DNA of 64,000 nucleotides from Eledone cirrhosa (taxonomy: Eukaryota): positions 211,978,001 through 212,042,000 of the forward strand of contig OZ024740.1 of assembly GCA_964016885.1 (NCBI GenBank), read 5' to 3'. The position numbers were made by a program, and so were the translations under genes. The number at the start of each line of letters is the position of its first letter. The stretch's first letter is position 1. Shown one piece after another: positions 37,401-48,592 of this stretch. The notes beneath the pieces were generated by a model. That model saw only the letters and a list, made by a program, of their open reading frames with translations. It was not told where the DNA came from and ran no database searches.

Positions 37401-39616
37401 AGTTGACACGTCAATGTAAAGATTGTATTGTCAAGCCGTTCATGTTTAGTTTTTCGGGGAGAGTTACAACCTTTCTATGTTTCATCACCAATAATGCACA
37501 TTTGGAATCATTAAACATCAGCCTGTAGAAAGTTGGCAAATGAGCGCCAATTTTCTCTATGGTTTGTAAGATGTTTGGCCCATACAACTTCAGGTCATTA
37601 ACAAAGAAAAGATGAGAAATATTTCTAATTTTTTGTGAGCAGGTATGTTAATGGGTTTAATGAGAACAATAATGATCTGCACTGACATTCTATCGCTCTG
37701 CAAGATGTGTGTTGGTGGTGTATAATATCAGCTTCACTTTGCTTCCTATCATCTCAAAATGGGATGTAGCATGACTTGGCCAGACATTGGATAACAGCTA
37801 CAAGTGGTTGTGTGACTAACTATGAAGCCTTTTCACTCAACCAATGAAGTATATTAATGAAGGTCTTCTGTTAGTCCAGCCACACTACAGTGAAGCTATA
37901 AGAGATCGATTTGACATCCCTGGCAAATAGTCGATTCAGTATTTGCTGTTTATATGCTGTAGATTAGTGTTTCTGTTGCAGCTGCGTGTTCAGTTGGTTT
38001 TTTTTAATCCTTTATCTCTAAATCCCCTTTCTGATTTCTCTCTTAAACTTTTCTTGTGTTGTGTGAAATTGTTGTCCACATCAAATTTCATAATTTCAAA
38101 TATCAGTGAGATATGTCTTTGAAAGGAGAAAATGCTGTTTTTAAGCTGTGTGCCCATGTATCTTGATTGTGTGGCTTCGGTTCCTTCTGATAAGTTAACA
38201 ATGTAATAGCAGACACAATTATCAAAAGATTTATTGGTTCACATATCCAGTTAGATAATTACCTGCTATTAGTTCTAGTTTGGAGGGTTCTTTTCTTATA
38301 TTGATGTTGCATGGCCTGTAACTCTAATTAAGGTTTTCAACCTACTGAAACATATCCTCCCAAATAGGTTTGTATTTCCAATAATGTGTTGAGAGAAGTC
38401 TGTAGTCGGTTGCCTATAGCTTCAGCAATCGCATTATCTCTCTATTTATCACTGTTGGCTTTGATGTTATAGTGTCAGGTAATCTTCTACTGGTACTGGG
38501 AACACCTATATGTTCCTAGCTGCTACCACTAGTTTCAATAGGTGTCTATCCACCGCTAGCTTCCGCTGAATCAGACGATTTAGTTATATAAACCAATTAA
38601 CTTTTAATAATACGTCTTACTTGTTAATTTAAGTGTTGGGGGTTAATGTCTAGTTCTGGTTGTTTGATGCTGTTGAGGCTCAGATTGTATATATGTCTTA
38701 TATAAATCTTTGTTAAGGCGGTATCTCTACTACATATAATTATATTCACGGTTGAGTCGAAGTAAACAAAAGATATATCCGCAGGCATGATAGAGTTGGA
38801 ACCTTCATACACTGGAAATTATGCCAGCATTATGAAATACCAACATAAAAAAGATGGTACAAACACATACCAGAAAAAGTGTCAGAGAATGACAAAGCAA
38901 CCATTCTCTGAGATATGCCAATACATACAGACAGAGAGGTCAAGACCAAAGACCACAAAGAAAAAAAATGCCTTTTAATAGATGTATCTATCCCCACAGA
39001 CGACAATATATCTTCCAAGAAAATAGAGAAACTCTCCAAATATAAAGATCTAGCGATAGAAATAACTCGAAAGTGGAAAATGAAAACAGAAACAATACCT
39101 ATAATAATAGGTGCTCTAGGAATGAGTAAAAACACACAGACAAATACATAGCCAAAACTCCAGGACTTACAAATATATACAGCATACAAAAGATAGCGCT
39201 ACTAGGCACTCCACACATATTTCGTAAAGTACTATCAATACAATAGAAACAACATCAGCAAAAACTACACTGCACATACCCAAGGCGCACAGAAGTTTGC
39301 TCGGAAAAGCAGTAATGAAGCGCAATAAAAATAATAAAGGAAATAACAATAATAATAATAATAATAAGGAGGATTTGTTATGTCTTCATTGTGTTTATCG
39401 AGCAGTGACATGCGTTTCGCTATTAATTAGCCCAAGGTTCGATCTGTATCGATCTAACCCGACTCTTGTGGAGCCAGAAGCTCGCCAGACCTCTGCTGTG
39501 GTCCAACGAGATTTTGACTCCAGAGGCGGGTTAGATCGATACAGATCGACCTTGAGCTGATTAATAGCGAAACGCGTGTCACTGCTCGATAAACATAATG
39601 AAGACATAACAAATCA
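34435..39616. repeat. Right arm of the inverted duplication (includes mirrored SINEs 34551-34835, LINE remnants and fold-back 39367-39620)
   Basis: Reverse complement of 1-5212 with scattered substitutions and small indels (e.g. a 21-bp deletion near 38946). Confidence 0.97.
35163..36056 (-). CDS. HtrL/YibB-family protein exon, copy 2
   Basis: 295-aa frame identical to copy 1 except M>T, L>W and loss of KN; same splice acceptor. Confidence 0.8.
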   Translation of the reverse strand, partial: DHMMTLIDNLNIAITSIKKNILPFEKDLPKNTINLSKEITILTAYFNIGTFGKGSPGNKRGPSTYYKWMSVFANITNNLIVYTDDETTYKSFQKMRSRFSKEQTKLFLIDTKKLWTFQIKKNISDIFSQPGYPKHHPNTVWPEYACAMHAKFELLNRIIRKNYFHTKYFMWLDMGYFRSPHYSSEMRLAIPKDFNDSSVAYSQVGSFNKNITYIVYSNVVWLAGGCNLGKYDVLYKFTQEYLNFVKKALSLKLISTDQQIIYGMYVDKEKPKTQLQLYKSGWFKLGTVCYEAGKKST

Positions 39617-39619
39617 TCC

Positions 39620-39657
<38 letters not shown>

Positions 39658-40418
39658 GGTCTAAGCGGACGTATTTTGCTCGCTCACAGTAAGTCGCTTT
39701 ATTTGCCTGTTAAAATTATTTGTTGTTAAATATTTCTTGTTGTCTAAGGGATAAAAGCCCTTAGACTTTGCCCCGTGAAGGGGAAAGTATAATATTTGGG
39801 CCTTTTGGCCCAAATATTTGAACTTTTTTATACATGTTAAAAAATTTACGAAGAAGAAAAAACATGGCTGAGCCACGCCCCCTAGAGATATGATACTGTC
39901 GTGCGACAACGACGTAGAAGTTGAGAGGAGCGCTACAGCGAAATTAACACACATGGATAACACAAGCACCACCACAAACAAGGTAAACAAAGACACCAAT
40001 GATACCAATAAGAACACTAATTTTGAAAAAAATGACAGTATCAGCGACAACGAAAATACAGATAACAAAAAAGAAAAATAACAAATACAACAACAATATC
40101 AACACCACTAACATGAAAACAAATAGCGACAACACCAACAGCAACAATACCAACTGCACCGAGAACAACGGTGGCAACAAAGACAACAATGATAACAGCG
40201 AGAGTGCTAACAACAACACCAACAAGAACAACGACAACAAAATCCACAACGAAAACATGAAGAACACTTTCGCTGCCGGCAGCAGCAAAAAAGAGGCCAT
40301 GCTTCAGCATGGACCTCTCAAACAAAGATGAAAAGTTGGCCCAGGCATGGAAGCTCTTCAAGCAAGAGCAAACTTGGGCCAACTTAACTGTCCCGGTAGA
40401 AGCTATTGAGGCAGTGGA

Positions 40419-41828
40419 GTGCATTATAGATGCATCTCAGCACAAACCAAAAGGGCAGCTTTAATCCCACAAGAAGATGTCGAAGTCGCGCTGAGGTGCA
40501 TCAGAGAAGACACCCAGGACATAGAGAGGGGCAGACAGTACGGCACCATTTCGGTGTTGTTCAAGTCAGAAGCCCTCACTATGAAACACTCTATGACTCC
40601 TTGCAAAACCAGCAACGTCATAATGTACCCCTCCCACATGGGAAAAAGAACGGCCCGTATCCGCATTCCCAGAATCCCACCAGGACTTGACATGTGGTGG
40701 CTTCTGGGATGTGTGATTGTGGAGGGGACGGATACAGTCCCTATAGAAGTGACCAGAACGGCCAGAGAGGACTGGTCCTGGGTTGACCTGGAGATCCTTC
40801 TCCAGATCAGGCCCGAGAATGTGAAGACAATCCCGGACCACATCCGCCTTCCGAATGGGACGGTCATTCACATCATGACCGAAGGCAAAAGGCCGCAGTG
40901 TTTTGTTTGTGGGGAAAAATCCCATTTGCGAGCCTTCTGCCCTCAACTGCTGAAAGAGGCAAGGGGTCGAAAGGCTCCACTGCTGCCGACGCCGGGGCGA
41001 GGACCACAACCAACACCAGCACCGGCAAAACCACCAACAACAACACCAATAGAAAGACAACCACCAACATTGACCACCCAGGGGGGAAACGAGGAAAGCT
41101 GTCAAATTCCCCCTCTCCAAAATAATACACACACCAATAAAACCATAAACATACATACAGACACACTTACAGACACATACCCCTCATCTACCAGTAGTGA
41201 AAATGAGGGAAATCCAAAATCCCCCAAAATACAAAAAAGGAGACACAAAAAGAAAAAGAAAACTCAACAAAGCACAAAAGCACCCACAATAAAAAACGCA
41301 GACACCACCCACGCAAACATCTCTCCCATAAAACCAACATCAACACCACCATCACCAGAATCCCCCAAACACAAACAACCGAAACAGACGCAAGAACAAA
41401 TATACATACAAACATCTGAAACCACAGACACCGCACTCACAACAAACACAGATACAACCGAAACAACACCAACAAAACCATCACCATCACAGCCACGCAA
41501 ACAAATAAAATCACACCAACAAAACATACAAAACTTCGTGCTCGTCAGGAGGGCCAACAAGGAACTGATGGCCCTCGTAGCACGAAGTGAAAATATACAA
41601 AAAGAGGGGGAAATGTTTAAATCGAGCACATTTCGCGTGCCGGAAGATTTGGTTCTGGTGCGAATGTCGCTCGACATATTCAAAGAAATACGAGACAGCT
41701 TTCCTCGGGACGTGGGAACCCCGAACGTAAAACTCACTTCAAGACTTTTAAAGGGGTTCCCAAAAGAAACCCCACTAACTATGGAGGACGAACAACCCGA
41801 CCTTCACAAGAGCCCGGAAGGTAAGTAA
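40419..41828 (+). CDS. LINE ORF1 (gag-like, zinc knuckle), element A; N-terminus probably broken, upstream at 39890-40331
   Basis: CFVCGEKSHLRAFC knuckle, Pro/Thr-rich linker and basic patch; homologous to 47137-48558. Confidence 0.85.
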   Translation: MHYRCISAQTKRAALIPQEDVEVALRCIREDTQDIERGRQYGTISVLFKSEALTMKHSMTPCKTSNVIMYPSHMGKRTARIRIPRIPPGLDMWWLLGCVIVEGTDTVPIEVTRTAREDWSWVDLEILLQIRPENVKTIPDHIRLPNGTVIHIMTEGKRPQCFVCGEKSHLRAFCPQLLKEARGRKAPLLPTPGRGPQPTPAPAKPPTTTPIERQPPTLTTQGGNEESCQIPPLQNNTHTNKTINIHTDTLTDTYPSSTSSENEGNPKSPKIQKRRHKKKKKTQQSTKAPTIKNADTTHANISPIKPTSTPPSPESPKHKQPKQTQEQIYIQTSETTDTALTTNTDTTETTPTKPSPSQPRKQIKSHQQNIQNFVLVRRANKELMALVARSENIQKEGEMFKSSTFRVPEDLVLVRMSLDIFKEIRDSFPRDVGTPNVKLTSRLLKGFPKETPLTMEDEQPDLHKSPEGK

Positions 41829-41859
41829 ACCTTCCTCTCTCTCTGTTTAACCTGCCAAC

Positions 41860-44800
41860 ATGGCCGTATTAAGAGTAAGATGTTTAAATGTCCGAGACCT
41901 GGGATCGTCCTGGAAGCAGGGTCACCTGCTCAACGACCTCAGGTCTCTAGAAATGGATGTAATTGCCGTCAGCGAGACCAGGATTTCCGACACGCGCGCA
42001 CTAGCCCCCATTTTCGACGACTATCAGATCTTTGCATCTGTTAGCCGGCCGGGAATGGGAGGCGGGGTGGAAGTGCTGTTTAGAAAAGGCCTGGATCTCG
42101 AGGTAAGGTCGATCTTCCGGGACACGGACGGGAAGTTGGTGGTCCTGGACGTGAACAATAATGAAGGTGGTGCCTTTAGACTGGTGGCCGTGTATGCTCC
42201 TACTGGGGAAGGATGGCCGGACTTCTTTAGACGCCTGGAAGCTTTTCTGGGTACGTCTCGCCCTTTACTGTTAGCGGGGGACTGGAACGGCATCTTAGAC
42301 GCACGCTGGGACTGTGTTGGAGTATCCGATAGGAGCGGGGGGTGCAAAAGCCTCAAGAACCTGATCAGCCAGTTCCAACTGTCTGACAGGTACCGAGTAG
42401 ATTTCCCTAATGCGCCAGTGTGGACCTGAGCTAACCGCATAGGGTCATCTAGATCGTATATAGACAGGATATTCATTAGGAAAATAGACAGAAATAGTGT
42501 AAGCTGTCCACGTTTTGAAACGGTTGCCTATTCAGATCACAAGTTTGTGATCTGTATGGTCGACCTAGATAAGACGCGTAGGTTAGGACCTGGTTACTGG
42601 AAGCTAAACATGTCATTTCCGGCACGTAAGGCTTACAGGGACCAGGTCAACAATTTAGTTAAGAAAAAGTTGACAGGGGGAATCGTCAACAATAGATGGT
42701 GGGGGGCTCTCAAAAGAGAGATTAGAGTAATGTCGATAGAGTTTAGCAAAGAAGTAGCATTAGAGAAAAATAGAAAGGAGGGGGAGTTGGTAGATAAGTT
42801 AGACGAGGCTATTGGTCGTGGCATTGCAACTGATGTGCTAGCGGCGAGAAAGGCATTAGACCATTTCTTCAATGCGAAACACGAAGGTTGCATTGTCAGA
42901 GCTAAGGCGCGTGCTCTGAGAAACGAGGGAACCAAAGCTGTTCGATGGGCCCGCGTGGCAGAGGCACAGCGTGGTAAGAAAACCACGATTCGGTCTTTGA
43001 CGGACCGAGACGGACACGAGCTGAACGATTCCAAGCGGATGTGTGAGGCCTTTCGCCAACATTTTGCTGGGTTGTTCGGGGGAAGTGGCGGGTCAGAGAT
43101 GGTGGCGGACTTCAGTCCCTACCTCGATGGCTTGCCGCAACTCTCGACGGCTGGCGCTGGGCGCTGCGAAAGGCCAATTACTTCAGCCGAGATTCAGGAT
43201 ACCCTTGTCGGCTGCATGAGGCGCAAGTCACCCGGTTTGGATGGTCTGCCCTACGAGCTTTACGTAAATATGCCAGACTTGTTCTCCAATCTCCGCGAAG
43301 CCCTCTACTGCAACTGGCAGCAAAACGGGAGTATTCCCAGTTCTGTGAGCCGGGCCTAGTGACGCTGATAAGGAAAGACGAGAACAAGAGGTACACATTA
43401 GACAATTTCAGGCCCATAACTCTGCTCAACACAGAGTTTAAGATTTTGGCCAGGGTGTTAACGAAGAGGTTGGCGCTTGTCGTCGGGGATTTGGTTGGGG
43501 AGGTGCAAACTTGCGCAATCCCAACCAGCTCCATACACGACAACCTCCACCTAATGCGATACATCATAGAGAGGGTAGGGTGTAAACCTGGCTTTGGTGG
43601 GGCTCTGATCAATTTAGATCAATCAAAAGCATTCGATAGGGTCGACCATCGGTACCTGGAGGCTGTCCTCAAGGCGGCTGGCTTCGGCCCCGTCCTCAGA
43701 AGCTGGATCGCTGCAATGCACAGCGGCACCTGCTCGATGGTCAAAATTAATGGCCACCTCTCGGAACCGTTTCAGGTCTCCCGATCGGTCTGTCAAGGGT
43801 GCCCTCTCTCATCCCTTCTGTACGTATTGACTCTCGAGCCTTTACTGCGGAAGCTGGAGCTGTTGCAGGGCATCCCGCTCGAACCGGGACGCGGAGAGGC
43901 TGTGTCGGCTTATGCGGACGACATCACCGTGATGGTGTCGGACACCTCAGAAATCGAGGTGGTTGGCAACTTATTGGAGGAATATGAAAGGTTGACGGGA
44001 GCAAAAGTTAACCCGGAAAAGTCAGTGGGCTTGCAACTCGGTACCTGGAGAGGCAAGTCCATGCCGTCCAACAACGTCGTTAGGCGCTGGACGGACGGAC
44101 CGGTAAAGTTGCTAGGGGTTTGGTTCGGGCCAGACCTCCAGGTGGATAAGAATTGGGACGAGGTGACGGGCAGGGTAGTCAGTCTCACCCAGAAATGGGC
44201 TGGGATGAAGCTATCACTGAAAGGTCGGGCGGAGGTGGCGAACGCGTACATCGCGTCCGTCATCTACTACCGTCTGACTGTCGTCCCTTGCCCCCGTTCG
44301 CGCCTCGCCATCTTGGAGCGGCTCCTCTTCAAATTCTTGTGGAGGGGTCAGGTTCCGCTGGTGAGGCGGTCCATCTGCTGCCAGCACCCTCTACGTGGAG
44401 GGCTGGGCATGCCGTGGCTAATGATGCGCAGGCATGCGCTGAGGCTGCAGCATCTCCAGATATTCTGCCTAAACGGTGAAATGGTGTGGTCGCCGTTTGT
44501 CAGACGGGCATTTCCGCAGCTCTTTTCTTTGACTGAGCTGCAGTCCTGGGTCAAGAAGAGACCGAGACTGGGTGACTGGCATCTGGAATGTTGCCAGGCA
44601 CTCACTGCTCTCTACCAGGCGGGCAATGCGGTCAGTGGAACTTCCATTCTCGAGTTCTATAGAGGATTAGTGGTGGGCAAGTGCGACGACGAACTCAGAG
44701 AGGCTCTGGGAGTCAACGAAGTCGAACTAACCAGTCTGTACCGGAGGAATTTCGAGCCGAGGACGATGGATAATTTCCAAAAATCCCTCGCTTGGCAGTG

Positions 44801-45281
44801 CTACCGGGGGGTACTGCCGGTTCGAGACAAACTCTACAGGCACGGAAGTGCTGTCAGACGGACCTGCCCGAGATGCGCGCAGAGCGACGAAACCGTTCTG
44901 CACGCACTCGTCCAGTGTCCGTGCATTACTGACTTGTGGAGTTATGTTGAACAGCTCTTGTCGCGTGTAGAACGGATCCGGCTATCGGCCGAGTCCATAG
45001 TGAAGATCGACCCGCCGCCTTCTTTTGGCCACGAAGGGCAGGCAATTTTTCTCTGTCTGGTGGCAGTAGCGAAAGAGGTTGTATGATGGACGAGGTTGAA
45101 AGGACTGAAGACAGACACTTTTCTCTTCGGCCAATCCCTTATCAACTTTTTCAAGTTTCACTTGGAAAGGAAGGTGAGGGTGGAGAGAGAAGCGCTGCCC
45201 CCCAGTACATTTGCTGAAAGGTGGGTGAATGTGGCGAGAATGGCCCGTGTGAGTGGGCCTACTCTGGTCATGCGGCTGTAG
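41860..45281 (+). pseudogene. LINE ORF2 (APE endonuclease, RT, Cys motif), element A
   Basis: VSETR, VYAP, AGDWN, SDH, GPGYWKLN, KSPGLDG, FRPITLLN, DQSKAFDRV, QGCPLS, YADD and CPRC...HALVQC; stops at ~42427 and ~45084, frameshift at ~43359. Confidence 0.92.
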
Positions 45282-45579
45282 GTAGGTAAATTTGAAGAGG
45301 AGAGGGGTGCCCTTCTAGGGTGCTCTCGAAGCGTCGGGTCGTTCAGGATTGGTGGGGTACCTGAGGGAACTCTAAGTGGTCATCCCCCCTATTGGGGAAT
45401 TTTTTCTTTTTGTAATTTTATTGTTACTTTATTGTTACTTTGTTATTGTTCCTTTGTTGTTGTTATTCATATTATTTACTCGATTTTTCTGTAAAACCCC
45501 ACTGTCCCAGTCTTTTGTATTGTCCCCTATATGTCGGCCCTTGTGTCAATAAATGAAATCATTATTATTATTATTATTA

Positions 45580-46383
45580 CAGCTGCATTTATCTTGCTTT
45601 ATGTTCATACGAGTTATCGCCAAGTCACAACCAGTGACCTCAAGAGACAACAAGGTCCTCCATGTTCAAGAAAGAACATACTCACACATGCATCTTTAGG
45701 TGTTTAGACTTGTGATGTACTTATATTGACAGAATCTTCCTTAGTATATGGGCAGTTCCCATTAGTACTATCTTTTGTATTTCTCCTATACGCGGGTTTC
45801 CTGGGATTTCCGATAAGTAATCATTAGACCCCTTAGGTATCATTCCTAGAGCGCCTACAACCACTGGTATTGTTTTAGTTCTCAATTTCCACATTTTTCC
45901 AATTTCTATCTCCAGGTCCTTATACTTGCTCAATTTTTCAAATATTTTTATAGATACATTCTTGTCTATTGGAACGGACATATCAATTAGCAGGCATACC
46001 CCTTTTTTAAAGTCCTTCAGTATTATATCAGGTCTATTTGCATCTATTTTTCGGTTTGGATGCTAAAGTTCCACAAGATTGAGATGTGATCTTTTTCAAG
46101 TATGGGAGGTGGTTGATGCTCCCACCAATTCTTTTGATGGGACAGGTCAAAATGCTTACACATTATCCAATGTATGTATTGTGCAGCTCTGTCATGCCTG
46201 TTTAGGTATTCGGTTGGAGCTATAGGACAGCACATTGAAATTATATGATCAATGGTCTCTGGTTGTTTTTTACATACACGGCATAATGGGTTGCATCCAT
46301 TTTTTATTATGTTGGCTTGGTAATTTTTTGTTGGCAGACACTGATCTTGTGCTGATATAATCAGTCCTTCAGTCTCCGATTTC
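45580..46383 (-). mobile_element. 5'-truncated R4/Dong-like LINE between (TAA)n tracts
   Basis: KSETEGLIISAQDQ, CRVCKKQPETIDHIISMC, RHD, NRPDIILKD, KLSKYKDLEIE and PVVVGALG. Confidence 0.88.
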
Positions 46384-47136
46384 ATTATTATTATTATTAT
46401 TATTATTATTGGCGACCTACGTAGCAAATCGTATCATCGTGAGCTCCGCAAAGGTTTGTTATTTTCAGTTGTTTAAAATTGCCATTCATGGAAAATTTTT
46501 ATTGTTAACTGTATATAAGTGCACATACATTGTTATCTGAAAAGGACACCCAAAAAGATTAGGGCCTTAAGGCCAAAATTTAAACTTTTATAATTATCAA
46601 ACAAAAATTTTTCTTTGAAAAATCATGGATGACTCAGATTCATTCCTTCCTCACAAACTAACACCTCACACCGACACCACCATTGTAAATATTACTACGT
46701 TTGCCAACACTAAAAATATAAGCAGTAGCAATATTTTAAATTTGTCTCAGGCAGACATTCATTTCCCGCCATTACCAATGACTGCAAGTGTTAAAGCCGC
46801 CACCACCACCACCGCGACAACCACCACCCCCACCACCACCGCGACAACAGAAACAAAAGAAAAAAATAAATTAACTCGTGATATCGAAATGAATTCAACC
46901 AAAATGAACTCTTCCACACCGAACACCACTGACGCCACCACCACCACAACTGAAACTAAAATTAATAATAACAAAAATAACGATAACAACAACAGCAACA
47001 ATGACTACTCTGAGTTTCGCCAGAGTAGCAAAACAGTGCGAAGCATTTCAGGTAACTCAGGAGGAATTAGAAGAAGCCAAAAAAATGGTAAAGAAAGATA
47101 GGTACAGGGTTAGCCCCCCCCCCCCCACATAATAAA

Positions 47137-48558
47137 ATGGAGCATCGGCGCCTATGCACCGTGTCTTATCGAACAATTAATATAAAATCGCGCCGAGTGG
47201 AACGGGCATCCGAGTCCCAAATCGAAATAGCTTTGGGACATGTGCGGGCAAAAAAAACTCACATCAGACGTGGGCAAAAATATGGAACCGTGGACGTATT
47301 CTTTGAAACACCACAGGAGACTAGAGAACACTCCATGGCCCCATTAAGAAGTGACGACTTCACACTCGTCCCAAGCTATTGTGGCCAGAGACTCGTAAAG
47401 ATCAGGGTTACCCACGTTCCACCGGCCATCGAAATTCCCTGGCTAATAGCTGCCGTCCTCGCCGGCATCGAAGCCAACACCAAGATAATCGAAATAGCGA
47501 AAGAAAAGCAGGAGAACTGGTCCGGATCACGGATGGAGCTCCTTATCCAAGCAGACCAAAAAAGCATTGAGGATATCCCAGAGGTAATAGACCTCACTGA
47601 CGGCAGCCACCTCACCGTAATTGTCGAGGGAAGAAGGCCTAGGTGTGTCGTTTGTGGTGAAGGAACCCACCTAAGGGCTTTCTGCCCTCAGGCTAAAAGG
47701 TTGAGGCCACCTCTCTTACCCACCCCAGTGACTCAACCATCAACACCACCAGCAGCAGAGATGGCAACAACCACTGTAGCACCAACAAGAGAAGAAACTG
47801 TAACAGCAACAACCTCAGGAACAGTAGCAAAACCAACACCACCACCACCCAACGCGCCAGAACTAGCACCACCGCCTACACCATCCACCACGCCACAACC
47901 AAAACTAACGCCTGTGGAGGATTTTCCACTCCCCGGCCTATCACAACTGGAGACAGATTGTGACGACGAGGAGTGGGAAACGGTATCAGGAAAAAAGAAA
48001 AAAAGAAACCAAAAAAGAAAAAATTCTCTTCCCTCCCCGTCCAAAAACAAAATACAGAGGGAAACAAATAAACTATCAATCAAAAAAGTTAGTACAGATA
48101 TGCCACCATCCACACCAGCATCACCAACCCCATCACAACAAACACCAACACCATCGCCATCATTAACCCCAACACCACCATCACCAACACCACAAAAGTC
48201 ACCAAATAGCGAAACAGAAACAAACCCACAACAAACGCAAACAAAACAAAACAACCAAAACGATACACACTACACAGCATTAAATTTGAACAACCAATTA
48301 TTACACTACATCCAACACAACACCAGCATCACAGAAAAAGACTACACAACAACCCAAAAGTTCACACCACCTCCACACATACAAATCACTCGCATCACAC
48401 AGAATACGTGCACGACACTAAAACAAAAATTCCCCAAAGACATCGGAGACTGCCGACAAACACTCTCCAGGAGGATTTATAAGGACATCCTTCCGGAGGA
48501 GGTCACAAGCAGTGAAAAGGATGGAGAAACCATCCTTCCTCAACGAGAAGTAAGGTAA
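47137..48558 (+). CDS. LINE ORF1 (zinc knuckle), element B; Asn/Thr-rich frame upstream at 46625-47101
   Basis: CVVCGEGTHLRAFC; RGQKYGTV matches RGRQYGTI of element A. Confidence 0.85.
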   Translation: MEHRRLCTVSYRTINIKSRRVERASESQIEIALGHVRAKKTHIRRGQKYGTVDVFFETPQETREHSMAPLRSDDFTLVPSYCGQRLVKIRVTHVPPAIEIPWLIAAVLAGIEANTKIIEIAKEKQENWSGSRMELLIQADQKSIEDIPEVIDLTDGSHLTVIVEGRRPRCVVCGEGTHLRAFCPQAKRLRPPLLPTPVTQPSTPPAAEMATTTVAPTREETVTATTSGTVAKPTPPPPNAPELAPPPTPSTTPQPKLTPVEDFPLPGLSQLETDCDDEEWETVSGKKKKRNQKRKNSLPSPSKNKIQRETNKLSIKKVSTDMPPSTPASPTPSQQTPTPSPSLTPTPPSPTPQKSPNSETETNPQQTQTKQNNQNDTHYTALNLNNQLLHYIQHNTSITEKDYTTTQKFTPPPHIQITRITQNTCTTLKQKFPKDIGDCRQTLSRRIYKDILPEEVTSSEKDGETILPQREVR

Positions 48559-48592
48559 GTGGTCTTACCCATCTTTTCCTCTCCATTTCAAC

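Larger units (their letters stand above)
39658..45560 (+). mobile_element. Near full-length Tx1/L1-type LINE, element A (disrupted)
   Basis: ORF1 with a CCHC knuckle; ORF2 APE-RT-zinc finger; AATAAA near the 3' end; (ATT)n on both flanks. Confidence 0.93.

Noticed and set aside
39661-48280. Antisense hydrophobic ORFs over the LINE ORF1 regions
   Set aside because: Shadows of A/C-rich low-complexity sense sequence.
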